Numbered from the stretch's first letter, positions 8,729-18,584 are shown. The stretch: 30,326 bases of DNA from Candidatus Thorarchaeota archaeon (GCA_029855935.1 JAGSHN010000013.1:1-30326); one strand, 5' to 3'. The notes: generated from the letters alone by a model not told the origin. Numbers and translations are program-made.

Positions 8729-10357
8729 TTAGCCGAACCACATTTCATCATCTCGGCCCCGTCTTCTCGCCTCCATCCCCTCTCTGAGGACCGTCCCCAG
8801 CAGAAGGCCCGCACTGAGAACTCTTGTTATTCGCACATCAAGCAGTGTGCCGGGCGTGTATCCCCCTGCAACCGTCATAATTGGCCCCTCTCCGAGCGGA
8901 TAGACCATCGTGTATCCCCTATGGGTCAGCGAGGCCTCTGCAGCGATACCCCGCACGATTCTTCCGACATAGCGCCTCTTTCGTCGCCTATTGATTCTCT
9001 CAACCGCCTCTCTCAGAAGTCGTCCCCTGCGGTCTCTTGGCGAGGCTCTCGGAAAGTCGGCAAAGGCAGAACCTGGCAACGGCTCGAAGGCGTAGAGTAT
9101 GATCCTCTCGGCACCCGCTCTGTCAATCTCCTCAAGCAGGTTGATAGTCTCCCTGACGGTCGCATCATCCTCTCCCGGAAGGCCGTAGATGAGGTAGACA
9201 AACGGTCTCATACCCACCTCTCGCGCCGTTCTCACAGCACGTACTACGTCCGCGGGGTCGCCACACTTTCCTACTCTTCGACGATGCTCTCTCGAACCTG
9301 ACTCCAGCCCGATGTTCGGGGACGTGTCCTTCACGTACCGTGCGATGATCTGCGCCACCTCTGGTGTGAAGAGGCACGCCTTGATGTTCTCAATCGAGAG
9401 ATGCGCTCTGCCCTCTCGGAAGGCAGGCAGGGATGCAATACTGCTCAGCAGCGACTCTATGGCGCGCAGGTTGGGTGCTGGTGCACAAGGGTCTGTCGCA
9501 GGATACCTGCCGCGGCGGAAATCGAGGAAGTCCGGCGCCTCCAGCACAATCCTGTGGACTCCGAGTGTCAAGAGCTCCTCAACCTCTGTCACAATGCTCT
9601 CTATGTTCCTCGATCTTGGAGCCCCCCAAGTGGCAGGTACACTGCAGAACCCACATCCCGGGGGGATATCGTGGGGACATCTCACTCGCAAGACCGGGTC
9701 CGGTGAGGTGCATCGGCCGCAGTCATCACACTGACGGCCGTCAGGCAGTCTCAATGTGGTCCTGAGGAAGTTCGAACAGCCTCTCAGCACCTCGACATAG
9801 ACCTTGCTCGCCTGGTACGCGGGATAGTCCACAATGCGCGTGACGGAGGGAACATAGCGTCTCATCGTGTTCTCGTCCATCAGGTCGCGCTGCTCTGTGA
9901 GTACAGGTTGTCCCTGATGCAGAAACCCTATCCCCTTGATGGTGTGCAGGTCGCAGCCACCTTCAAGGAAGCCCCCCTTGATGAGGTCCTCAACGGTGCG
10001 TTCGCCCTCTCCAATCACCATTGCATCTGGACGAAGTCTGGACAGGACGCGCTCGCCCCCGGATGCTATCGGACCACCCAGAAGGACATTTCCGCGGCGC
10101 CTGCGTCGCCACCGCCTGATCACACGAGATACTGCAGTCTGGTCGGTTGTCATTGCACTGACCGCGATGTGCGCGAAGTTCCGAAGTCTGACACGTCCAT
10201 CGAGGACATCCTCAGCGCGTGCTATTCTGCACTCGACATCCAGCATCTCAAGAACGCCGGCGATTGTGCGAGGGCCGCAACCTATTGCGTCACGTGAGGT
10301 GACTCTTCTCCCAGAGCCTGCGCTGAGGGCGTCGACTATCAGTACGCGGTCTGACAT
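8729..10357 (-). CDS. Radical SAM protein with N-terminal B12-binding-like domain and C-terminal TRAM-like domain
   Basis: LLGGP, VIGEGE, EVLRGC..GCGFC, RSRNIESIVTEV, IGLESGS, IYGLPGE, FEPLPGS and a TRAM-like tail (PGTLLDVRITRV). ATG 10357, after AGAGGA, is the preferred start. Confidence 0.85.
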   Translation of the reverse strand: MSDRVLIVDALSAGSGRRVTSRDAIGCGPRTIAGVLEMLDVECRIARAEDVLDGRVRLRNFAHIAVSAMTTDQTAVSRVIRRWRRRRRGNVLLGGPIASGGERVLSRLRPDAMVIGEGERTVEDLIKGGFLEGGCDLHTIKGIGFLHQGQPVLTEQRDLMDENTMRRYVPSVTRIVDYPAYQASKVYVEVLRGCSNFLRTTLRLPDGRQCDDCGRCTSPDPVLRVRCPHDIPPGCGFCSVPATWGAPRSRNIESIVTEVEELLTLGVHRIVLEAPDFLDFRRGRYPATDPCAPAPNLRAIESLLSSIASLPAFREGRAHLSIENIKACLFTPEVAQIIARYVKDTSPNIGLESGSREHRRRVGKCGDPADVVRAVRTAREVGMRPFVYLIYGLPGEDDATVRETINLLEEIDRAGAERIILYAFEPLPGSAFADFPRASPRDRRGRLLREAVERINRRRKRRYVGRIVRGIAAEASLTHRGYTMVYPLGEGPIMTVAGGYTPGTLLDVRITRVLSAGLLLGTVLREGMEARRRGRDDEMWFG

Positions 10358-10484
10358 TCCTCTCTGGCCCCATCGGGCTGATCCATCTCTCAGACGGTAG
10401 GATGCCTCGCCGTTCAGTTGCACTTATATGTCACCCTGATACCTCTCTATTTTAGACAAAAAGACGTACAGGAGAAAGCGAGAC

Positions 10485-10826
10485 CTGTCGGACGAAGGAG
10501 GTATTTGCCCAAACTGCGGTCTTCCAACAGACCTCTGTGTCTGCGAGACCATTGCACAAGAGGAAGCACGAATTACGGTCACTGTGGAACGCCGGAAATG
10601 GGGCCGGCTGACGACCGTGATCTCGGGTTTTGACAAGAACATTGACCTTGGGGAGATGGCCACCAAGCTCAAGAGCAAACTGGCCTGTGGTGGTGCTGCA
10701 AAACATGGTCACATCGAGCTACAGGGCGACCATCGCGGTGTCATCAAGGAGGTCCTCAGCCAGCTTGGTTTCCCCGAGGAGACCATTCACATTGACTGGT
10801 CGTTCATGCCATCCGGACGCAGATGA
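10485..10826 (+). CDS. sui1: Translation initiation factor aIF1/SUI1 (probable CTG start)
   Basis: In-frame ICPNCGLPTDLCVCETIAQE lies upstream of the tracked GTG at 10584; LKSKLACGG and IELQGDH follow. The frame is closed by TGA at 10437-10439, with no ATG, GTG or TTG before the Cys knuckle. CTG 10485 is 10 nt after AGGAG. Confidence 0.85.
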   Translation: MSDEGGICPNCGLPTDLCVCETIAQEEARITVTVERRKWGRLTTVISGFDKNIDLGEMATKLKSKLACGGAAKHGHIELQGDHRGVIKEVLSQLGFPEETIHIDWSFMPSGRR

Positions 10827-11016
10827 CCCCCCGTGGTCTGTATATCGGCTCACTGCCGCATGACCATCGCACGAAAAGAAGTATTGTGACTGTAGCCGCC
10901 ACCGGTGACCTGTGACCGCAGGGCCACGTGAATCCTCAGTCCGTGCGGTAACGTCATACGTCCCTGACAAGAGAGGGATGCCCAGCTGATATCGTGCCCC
11001 CATCCTTCTTCTCGAC

Positions 11017-12006
11017 CTACTGATGACCCTGACCAAAACCACCCTGTGAGTCTATATTGAGGACTCTGACAATCTCCTTGTAGCGATTCCTCACTGTGAC
11101 CTCAGTCACCCGGGCCACCTCTGCTATCTCGCGCTGAGTCCTCCTCTCATCGAGCAGAATTGATGCCACGTATATCGCTGCTGCTGCCAGCCCGAGCGGG
11201 TCGCGTCCGATTGTCAACCCCATCTCCCTACTTCTCTTCAATATCTCAATCGTCCTCAGCTGTACAGGGCTTGAGAGTGACAGTTCGGATGCAAATCTCG
11301 GGATGTAGTCTATCGGATTCGAGAGCGGAATCTTGATTCGCAGGCTTCGGAGAAGCAGCCTGTAGCACTGACCCAGCTTCTTCTTATCGACCCTTGAGGC
11401 ATCTGCTATCTCGTCGAGTGGGCGTGGTTTCTGTCGTATCCTGCAAGCAGCATACAGAGTGGCCGCCACCATGGCCTCTATGGATCTGCCTCTCACGAGC
11501 TTCTTGATGATGGACTTTCGATACAGAAGCGCAGCCAGTTCGCGTATTGATGAGGGAATGGAGAGCTGTGATGCCAGTCTCTCAAGCTCTGACATGGCCT
11601 GTGCGAGGTTGCGGTCAATCGATCCGTGGACACGAGACCGTATCTGCCACTTTCTAAGACGATAGATCTCTGAGCGGCGTGTGGGAGTGAGCTTTCTGCC
11701 AGATGTGTCCCTGTCGCGCCAGTCTATGACGGTCGAGAGACCCTTGTCGTGAATAGTGTATCTCATTGGTGCGCCAACTCGACTGCGCGCCTCTGCCTCC
11801 TCGTGACTGAACACACGCCATTCTGCACCTGTGTCTATGCGATGGTCGGATAGTACAAGGCCGCATCCTGCACATATCCGCTCCCCGCGTGCTGCGTCCT
11901 CAATGACCTGCGTAGACCCGCACTCAGGACAGCAGACAGTGTCGCTACTGGTGCCCCCACTGGTATGCTTCTCCTCATCCTTCCCCTGCAAACCTTCCAA
12001 AGACAT
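11017..12006 (-). CDS. tfb: Transcription initiation factor IIB (TFB)
   Basis: Zn ribbon CPECG..CAGCG, EWRVF, SRVGAP, HDKGLST, LRKWQ, two cyclin repeats, VTEVTVRNRYKE. ATG 12006 follows GGGGAGGT. Confidence 0.96.
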   Translation of the reverse strand: MSLEGLQGKDEEKHTSGGTSSDTVCCPECGSTQVIEDAARGERICAGCGLVLSDHRIDTGAEWRVFSHEEAEARSRVGAPMRYTIHDKGLSTVIDWRDRDTSGRKLTPTRRSEIYRLRKWQIRSRVHGSIDRNLAQAMSELERLASQLSIPSSIRELAALLYRKSIIKKLVRGRSIEAMVAATLYAACRIRQKPRPLDEIADASRVDKKKLGQCYRLLLRSLRIKIPLSNPIDYIPRFASELSLSSPVQLRTIEILKRSREMGLTIGRDPLGLAAAAIYVASILLDERRTQREIAEVARVTEVTVRNRYKEIVRVLNIDSQGGFGQGHQ

Positions 12007-12287
12007 ACCTCCCCTGACCAAGAGGTTGCAAGCGAGCGGGCGCAACGATGCCAGAAATCGCTGTCAGTTTCCAAGGTGCTCTGCCGAGGCTCCGAGGACC
12101 CACCCTCATCTCTCATTTGAAAACAAGCATTTAATGATTGTGGGAGACGTGCCCGATAGTGTTTGTCGCACCTATTGGCTCATACAGATCCATGCTCGTT
12201 GGTGGTGCCCTCCCTCTTTCACCTCGTGAGGCTCCCTCCGGACCGCATCCGTTCTCGGGTCAGCTGACGTTTCGCTTCACGGCTCAC

Positions 12288-13223
12288 TCATGTCGTCTGC
12301 TCGTGACCATCGTCGGTGATCAACACAGTGTGTTCGTGCTGCGACACGAACACCCCCTTCTCCTCAGCAAGAATGGGATGGGCTATCAACGCGCCATTCT
12401 GTCGAAGCTCGCGAATTGCCATCTTGAGGGCCGCGTGCCTCATCCGCTGAGCAAGCCATCGCTCTGCAAACGGGAACTCCCTGTACTCTCGCCGTGCGAT
12501 ACTCAGGAATTGGCGGCTCCCTCTGAAGCGTACTGGGACCCTGATTGGCAGAAGCTGGTAGATCAGCGGGTTGGGCTGTTCTGTGACATTCCCCGAGCCC
12601 GTGCTGGCAAAGACCTCTATGGCATATGCCTCTCCTGCCTCGACTACCACCTCTGGCTTTCCCGACACACAGGGCACCTGCTTCTCTCCATGCAGTGTCC
12701 ACTCCTCCAGCTGATGGCCTGTGAGTTGCTTGACTGGTTCGAAGCCAGCACTGTGAATAGTGTCCTCAATCAGCTCACCTATTGTGTTCAGCTTCGCCCC
12801 TGGTCGGATCACATCGACTGCGGCCCTCACTGCCTCCTCTGCAGCCTTGACAAGGCTCTCGTGTTCAGGATTGAGCGCCACAGTGAATGCCGAGTCCGAG
12901 ATGCATCCCTCGACATGCGCCCCACAGTCGACTGTGACGAGATCGCCATCCTGTATCACCGTCTCATCGTTGAGCGGGGAGGTATAGTGCGCTGCGATAT
13001 GGTTGATTGCAACGTTGCACGGAAAGGACAGGCCAGTGGCGTGTTCTCTGATGTAGCTCTCCACCGCCTCCACAATGTCTATGACCTTGGTGCCGGGCTT
13101 GATCATTGGTCTTGCTATATCGAGGGCCTCACGCGCAATCACACCAGCGCGACGCCACCGATCCCACTCGTCCTCAGGCTCCTCGGCCTCGGTCTGGTCC
13201 TCTGTTTCTGACTTCTCGGACAA
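12288..13223 (-). CDS. map: Methionine aminopeptidase, type II
   Basis: FPCNVAINHIAAHYT, VDCGAHVEGCISDSAFT, LTGHQL, AIEVFAS, SQHEHT, plus the type II helical insert. Confidence 0.95.
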   Translation of the reverse strand: MSEKSETEDQTEAEEPEDEWDRWRRAGVIAREALDIARPMIKPGTKVIDIVEAVESYIREHATGLSFPCNVAINHIAAHYTSPLNDETVIQDGDLVTVDCGAHVEGCISDSAFTVALNPEHESLVKAAEEAVRAAVDVIRPGAKLNTIGELIEDTIHSAGFEPVKQLTGHQLEEWTLHGEKQVPCVSGKPEVVVEAGEAYAIEVFASTGSGNVTEQPNPLIYQLLPIRVPVRFRGSRQFLSIARREYREFPFAERWLAQRMRHAALKMAIRELRQNGALIAHPILAEEKGVFVSQHEHTVLITDDGHEQTT

Positions 13224-13294
13224 TTAGCATCACCTAGTGATTGGACTGCACGTGGCCTTGTGTCTACTCATAAGACTGACGGAATGACCGCCCA

Positions 13295-13684
13295 CTACAG
13301 GGTGGCTGCAATTCGCTTGGCAATACTCGTCATCATAAAGAAGAGATATCCAAGATTGACCTTCCTGTTCGTCAGCACACAAAGGAGGGCGTCCTCTCCT
13401 GCGTTGCATATGACGAGATATCCGTTCTCTCCCTCCACCAGCATACGGACGAGTTCACCGCGTTTCAGCTGCGGGAAGACCTTCCTTGTCGCCATATCAA
13501 TCTGTGTTGACCTCCCAGCGATGACATCCTCATCGGGCAAATTGCCAGATGCGTCATCAGGAAAATACGAGCAGATTGTCAGTCCTTGCGACTTGGAGAC
13601 TATCAGAGTGGCCTCTATGTTTCCCTGGGAGGCTCGACTCAGGTCCTTGAGAAGTTCGGTGAGCTTTTCCGACTTACTAGACAA
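13295..13684 (-). CDS. Roadblock/LC7 (MglB-like) domain protein
   Basis: IEATLIVSKSQGLTICS, LKRGELVRMLVEGENGYLVI, LCVLTNRKVNLGYLF. TTG 13684, after GGGAGG, is preferred over 13726. Confidence 0.87.
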   Translation of the reverse strand: MSSKSEKLTELLKDLSRASQGNIEATLIVSKSQGLTICSYFPDDASGNLPDEDVIAGRSTQIDMATRKVFPQLKRGELVRMLVEGENGYLVICNAGEDALLCVLTNRKVNLGYLFFMMTSIAKRIAATL

Positions 13685-13737
13685 AGATGGTTCCTCCCTA
13701 CGTGGGCATGCGACAAAAATGGTCATATACTCTCTAT

Positions 13738-14511
13738 TTAAACTCTCTTGGCCCCAGCCTTCTTCAGGGCTCTGACTATCCGGCTCAGTGCCTCTCCACC
13801 GTCCTCTGGCAGGCTCCGTTCCACAAAGGTCCCCTGGACGACGATGGATGCGCCAGCGTCGACAGCGCGCACCACCGACTTCTCATCATTGAACCCTCCA
13901 CCCGTGATTATCGGAATCTCTGCGTACTTCGCCACAGTAGAAATGATCTCGGGCGGGACACCGCCACCCTCCGCGCCGCTGCCTGCCTCGAGATAGACCA
14001 ACCGAAAGCCCATCAGCTCTGCAGCAAGGGCATACATAAGAACGAGCCTTGGCTTGTCCCGCGGGAACGGTTTCGCGTCTCCGACCCATGCTGCAGTCTT
14101 GCCGGGGGCTATCATCAGGTAGGCCATCGGAATCGTTTCAATGCCTGCCATCTTCACTCTCGCCGCGGCAAGAGACTGTGCTCCCACAATCCAGTACGGG
14201 TTCGTGCTGTTCAGCAGACTCATAAAGAACATGGCATCCGCATACTCCGACACCCCGGTGATGTTCCCAGGAAAGAGGATAGTGGGGATATCCACAGCGT
14301 CGTTAATGGCCTTGACGGACTCGTCAATCAGACCGAATATCGTGCTGCCCCCAATCATAATAGCATCTGTGCCGGCCTTCTCTGCTAGAGCGGCAAGCCT
14401 GGCGGCCTCCTCTGTCGTCATCTGCAGGGGGTCTGGGTCCAGCAGCGAGAAGTGCAGTGCACCCTCACTCTCTCGCTTCTCAAGGATATATCTCCAGACT
14501 CTTCCGTCCAT
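13738..14511 (-). CDS. Geranylgeranylglyceryl phosphate synthase
   Basis: HFSLLDPD, DAIMIGGS, ILFPG, FMSLLNSTNPYWI, YLEAGSGA, GGG. ATG 14511 follows GGGAG; TTG 14529 is an alternative. Confidence 0.95.
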   Translation of the reverse strand: MDGRVWRYILEKRESEGALHFSLLDPDPLQMTTEEAARLAALAEKAGTDAIMIGGSTIFGLIDESVKAINDAVDIPTILFPGNITGVSEYADAMFFMSLLNSTNPYWIVGAQSLAAARVKMAGIETIPMAYLMIAPGKTAAWVGDAKPFPRDKPRLVLMYALAAELMGFRLVYLEAGSGAEGGGVPPEIISTVAKYAEIPIITGGGFNDEKSVVRAVDAGASIVVQGTFVERSLPEDGGEALSRIVRALKKAGAKRV

Positions 14512-14760
14512 AGCGTCCGTCTCCCGCAATGAATGTCACCGCATGGATGGGTCTTTTTACAGTTTTGGTGGTTCTCATCGGCACTTGGCAACGCCCCTCA
14601 ACATCACAGGCCGCATCACGGTTGTGCGCATATCCGACTGATTCCGCAATGCTTTATTAGGCGTGACCTGTCGCCTCACGTAGACGGAGCGCGAGACCGT
14701 CTATCTGCGTTGTTTCATCTCCGATGCAGACGGTCTCCAGCCGTTGTCGAGGAGTGCATC

Positions 14761-16734
14761 ATGCCAGAGCGACGAATTGGGATATTCCTGTGCCACTGTG
14801 GAAGCAACATCGCCGGAGTCGTCGACATCGCGAGGGTGATAGACGCCGTCAAAGACCTCCCGAATGTCGTTCACGTCGAGGACTACAAGTACCTGTGTTC
14901 CAAGCCGGGCCAACAGATCATCAAGGACCGGATTGCAGAGCATCGTCTCGATGGCGTCGTCATAGGGTCCTGCTCCCCGCGCATGCACGAGCTTACCTTC
15001 CGTCAGGTAATGCGCGAGGGGGGCCTCAACCCGTTCCTGCTTGAGATTGCCAATCTCCGCGAGCAGGATAGCTGGATTCATCAGGACGACCCTGAGGCTG
15101 CGACCGAGAAGGCGATTGACCTGATCAGGATGGCCGTGGCGCGGGCACGACTTCTTGAACCTCTGGAAGAGCCGACCGTAGAGATAGAGCAGTCGTCACT
15201 GGTCATTGGTGGCGGTATCGCAGGCATCTCTGCAGCCATTGATCTGGCCAATGCTGGATTCAAGGTCTACCTCGTTGAGAAGGAGCCCACCATCGGTGGG
15301 AAGATGGCTAGATGGGACAAGACATTTCCGACACTGGACTGTGCCTCCTGCATTCTCACTCCTCGGATGGCCGAGGCCGGGTCGCATCCGAACATCGAAC
15401 TGATCACAATGGCCGAGGTAGAGCGCGTTGACGGTTTCGTGGGCAACTTCGAGGTCACGGTCAGGCAGCGTCCTCGGTACGTCGATATCGACAGGTGCAC
15501 ATCGTGTGGGGACTGTGCCAATGTCTGTCCGGTGGATGTCCCCTCGGAGTTCGATGCGAACCTCGCGTATCGAAAGGCCATCTACATCCCGTTCGCTCAG
15601 GCAGTCCCATCCGCCTACGTGCTCGACATGGAGAACTGTCTTGGTGTGGACGCCGTACGTTGCGGCAAGTGCAAGGAGGCCTGCGGGGCCGACGCCATCA
15701 ACTACGACGACCACGAGAAGACGATCAAGTTCAAGGTGGGAACGATAATCGTTGCCACTGGCTTCGAGCTCTTTGATGCCACCAAGAAGGAGGAGTACGG
15801 TTACGGCGACTTTCCGAATGTTGTGAATCTCGGGGAGGTGGAGCGGATGCTGAGCTCCGCGGGGCCCACTGGGGGCCACGTCGTCAGGCCGAGCGACCTC
15901 AAGGAGCCCAAGCGGATTGTCTACATCCAGTGTGTCGGCAGCCGTGACGAGCGCACTAACCGATACTGCTCCCGAGTGTGCTGCATGACCGCCGTTAAGC
16001 AGGCACGGATGCTTCGTGACAAGCTCGGCGCCGAGATCTATGTCTTCTATATCGACCTGCGCACGTTTGGTAAGGGATACGAGGAGTTCTACGAGTCCAC
16101 TGCGGCCGCAGGTGTCACCTTTGTCCGGGGACGCGTTGGTGAGATTCTTGAGGACCCTGAAACACACAGCCTGACAGTCCGGGGTGAGGACACACTCCTC
16201 GGGAAGCCTGTACAGCTTGACAATGTCGACCTTGTGGTACTGTCGACGGGTGTCGTGCCTCCTCGCTCAGCCAAGAAGATAGCACAGCTCCTCAATCTCA
16301 GCCAGTCCCCCGACGGCTTCTTCCTAGAGGCCCATCCGAAGCTTCGACCAGTTGACAGCTTCAACGACGGCATATTTGTCGCCGGGATGGCTCAGGGACC
16401 CAAGGACATTCCTGACACTGTGGCACAGGCCAAGGCTGCAGCCGCGGGTGCGATGTCGTTGATGGGCAAGGGCAAGATCACAATCGAGCCGTACTTCTCT
16501 GTTGTCGACGAGGACCGCTGTTCGGGTTGTGCTGTCTGTGTCTCGGTCTGCCCGTACAATGCGATATCTCTGAACGAACGTGGTAAGGCTGAGGTCAATC
16601 CGGCGCTTTGTAAGGGCTGTGGTACCTGTACGGCTGCCTGTGCCAGTGGCGCCATAACCTCACAACACTACACGGACAGTCAGATTGAAGCGATGATCAG
16701 CGAGTACTTATCGGGGCTCACGCCTCAATCCTAA
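14761..16734 (+). CDS. hdrA: Heterodisulfide reductase subunit A-like FAD/Fe-S protein
   Basis: CHCGSNI, CSPRMHE, ANLREQDSW, VIGGGIAG, KTFPTLDCASC, IQCVGSRD, YCSRVCC, HPKLRP, QGPKDI and ferredoxin motifs. ATG 14761 follows GAGGAG. Confidence 0.95.
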   Translation: MPERRIGIFLCHCGSNIAGVVDIARVIDAVKDLPNVVHVEDYKYLCSKPGQQIIKDRIAEHRLDGVVIGSCSPRMHELTFRQVMREGGLNPFLLEIANLREQDSWIHQDDPEAATEKAIDLIRMAVARARLLEPLEEPTVEIEQSSLVIGGGIAGISAAIDLANAGFKVYLVEKEPTIGGKMARWDKTFPTLDCASCILTPRMAEAGSHPNIELITMAEVERVDGFVGNFEVTVRQRPRYVDIDRCTSCGDCANVCPVDVPSEFDANLAYRKAIYIPFAQAVPSAYVLDMENCLGVDAVRCGKCKEACGADAINYDDHEKTIKFKVGTIIVATGFELFDATKKEEYGYGDFPNVVNLGEVERMLSSAGPTGGHVVRPSDLKEPKRIVYIQCVGSRDERTNRYCSRVCCMTAVKQARMLRDKLGAEIYVFYIDLRTFGKGYEEFYESTAAAGVTFVRGRVGEILEDPETHSLTVRGEDTLLGKPVQLDNVDLVVLSTGVVPPRSAKKIAQLLNLSQSPDGFFLEAHPKLRPVDSFNDGIFVAGMAQGPKDIPDTVAQAKAAAAGAMSLMGKGKITIEPYFSVVDEDRCSGCAVCVSVCPYNAISLNERGKAEVNPALCKGCGTCTAACASGAITSQHYTDSQIEAMISEYLSGLTPQS

Positions 16735-16781
16735 CGAGGGTCCTGAGGGGCCCGACATTCCGCGGGCAGGACGTCTGAACT

Positions 16782-17414
16782 ATGAGTGAGCAGTCCATCT
16801 CCGTGGCAGTTCTGGCTGGCGGGGGTTCGCGTAGGTTCGGTTCGGAGAAGGCCCTTGCCAAGTTCAAGGGCGAACCGCTAGTCCAAAGGATGCTGGCGAT
16901 TGCCCGGCGTATCGCACCTGCGCCATTCGTGGTGACGTCTTCTGAGGCGCAGGCAGAAATACTGCGTCCTGTTGTGGGGAAGAGGACAGCCATCTATACT
17001 GATCCCGAGGATGCAGAACGCTGTGCCCTTACGGGTGCCATCACTGCATTTGAGTTCTCCAAGACACGTTACACTATGCTCCTGCCTGTGGACACTCCCT
17101 TGGCCAGTGTTCCTCTCCTCCGTGCCATCGCTGGCATGGCTGCAGGACACGGAGCCGTGGTCCCCTCTTGGCCATCCGGCTATGTCGAGCCTCTCCACGC
17201 CGTCTATCTCACAGAACATGCGTATGTCTCTGGCTTGAGGGTCTATGAGAAGGGCGCACGTCGGATGACAGACCTGCTATCTGTACTCGACCACGTCCTC
17301 TATGTCTCTACCTTGGTCCTGAAGACGTTCGACAAGAACCTGTCCACGTTCTCAAACGTCAACACGGATGCCGACCTGCGAGAATTGGAACGCAAGTCAC
17401 ACCGCGGGGGCTAG
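16782..17414 (+). CDS. mobA: Molybdenum cofactor guanylyltransferase
   Basis: LAGGGSRRFGSEKA, LPVDTP, EPLHAVY, FSNVNT. Confidence 0.88.
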   Translation: MSEQSISVAVLAGGGSRRFGSEKALAKFKGEPLVQRMLAIARRIAPAPFVVTSSEAQAEILRPVVGKRTAIYTDPEDAERCALTGAITAFEFSKTRYTMLLPVDTPLASVPLLRAIAGMAAGHGAVVPSWPSGYVEPLHAVYLTEHAYVSGLRVYEKGARRMTDLLSVLDHVLYVSTLVLKTFDKNLSTFSNVNTDADLRELERKSHRGG

Positions 17415-18490
17415 ACGTACATGTTCAGATGCCTTATCCTGCAGGTGCCCTCGTGTCCGACCATGCACGGTCCGTAGGGATTCTCTGGAGTACAGCGTCT
17501 CCCGAAGAGCGGGCACTCTGTCGGGTCAATCATCCCAAGTATCACTTTGTGGCACTGGCATCCTGGCAGAATGTCGACCGACTTCATCTCAGGGAAGTCG
17601 AACCTCTTGCGCGCATCATACTCTTCGAACTCTTTGCGCAGATAGTATCCCGACTTCTTGATCACTCCAAGACCGCGCCACGGTGCATCATCGATACGAA
17701 AGACCTCTCTCAGAACCCTCTGGGCTGCAGGGTTCCCCTCGGGTCTGACCACACGGGAGTACTCATTTTCAGACTCCGCGCGTCCCTCGGCAATCTGGAG
17801 CAGTATCATCCTGACAGCCTCCAGCACGTCGAGTGGCTCGAATCCTGCTGCAACGCACGGCACACCGTAGCCATGTGCAATGGGCTCGTACGCCCGTGTG
17901 CCAATGATGGTACTCACGTGTCCTGGCGTGATGAATCCGTCTACTGCAAAGCCCTCAATGTTGACTAGCAGCTCCATAGCGGGCGGGATGATCTTGAGCG
18001 ACGTGAGAATCGAGAAGTTCTCAGGGGGCTTCCGGAGTATCTCCACTGCGAACGTGGGTGCCGTGGTCTCAAAGCCTGCGCCCATGAATACCACCTCCCG
18101 GTCAGGATTGTTGCAGGCAATCTCAACAGCATCATTTATCCCGTAGACGACGCGCACATCAGCACCTCTTGTCCTCTCTGCTGCAAGCGAGGAGTCCGTC
18201 GACGGCACCCTCACCATGTCCCCGAAGGACGTGATGATCTTGCCCTCTCTGGCGAGATGTACTATCATGTCAACATCCTGTGCAGCGCACACGCATACTG
18301 GGCATCCAGGCCCAGCCACTAGGTTGATGTTCTCTGGCAGGATGCTCCTCAGGCCGTTGCTGCTTATTGTATCCTCATGTGTCCCGCAGACATGAACGAT
18401 TCGATACTGCCTGTCCCCAGCAAGCTCCTCTATTCTTCTGACTAGCGCATGAGCATACTCGGGGTTCCTGAATCTTGAGAGGTCAATCAT
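17411..18490 (-). CDS. hypD: [NiFe]-hydrogenase maturation protein HypD
   Basis: VCGTH, GPGCPVCV, GFETT, PGHVS, GFEP, PYGPCMVGHEGTC. Confidence 0.96.
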   Translation of the reverse strand: MIDLSRFRNPEYAHALVRRIEELAGDRQYRIVHVCGTHEDTISSNGLRSILPENINLVAGPGCPVCVCAAQDVDMIVHLAREGKIITSFGDMVRVPSTDSSLAAERTRGADVRVVYGINDAVEIACNNPDREVVFMGAGFETTAPTFAVEILRKPPENFSILTSLKIIPPAMELLVNIEGFAVDGFITPGHVSTIIGTRAYEPIAHGYGVPCVAAGFEPLDVLEAVRMILLQIAEGRAESENEYSRVVRPEGNPAAQRVLREVFRIDDAPWRGLGVIKKSGYYLRKEFEEYDARKRFDFPEMKSVDILPGCQCHKVILGMIDPTECPLFGRRCTPENPYGPCMVGHEGTCRIRHLNMYV

Positions 18491-18584
18491 ATCGATGAGG
18501 CCTCGCGCTGCAGTGACACCATCCTACGCAAAAGAGCCTTGTCGTCTGACACAAGAGTGGGGCGAACTCATCGCATCTCGCAAA

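Noticed and set aside
10719-11042. 107-aa - strand ORF and short hairpins between sui1 and tfb
   Set aside because: It overlaps both genes and has no motif; the stems are short enough to arise by chance.
12138-13211. 357-aa + strand ORF
   Set aside because: Antisense shadow of map; no recognisable motifs.
14533-14760. 76-aa N-terminal extension of HdrA in the ORF track
   Set aside because: Homology begins at ATG 14761, which has an SD; the extension spans the divergent promoter region.
15196-16167. 323-aa - strand ORF
   Set aside because: Antisense shadow of hdrA arising from codon bias.
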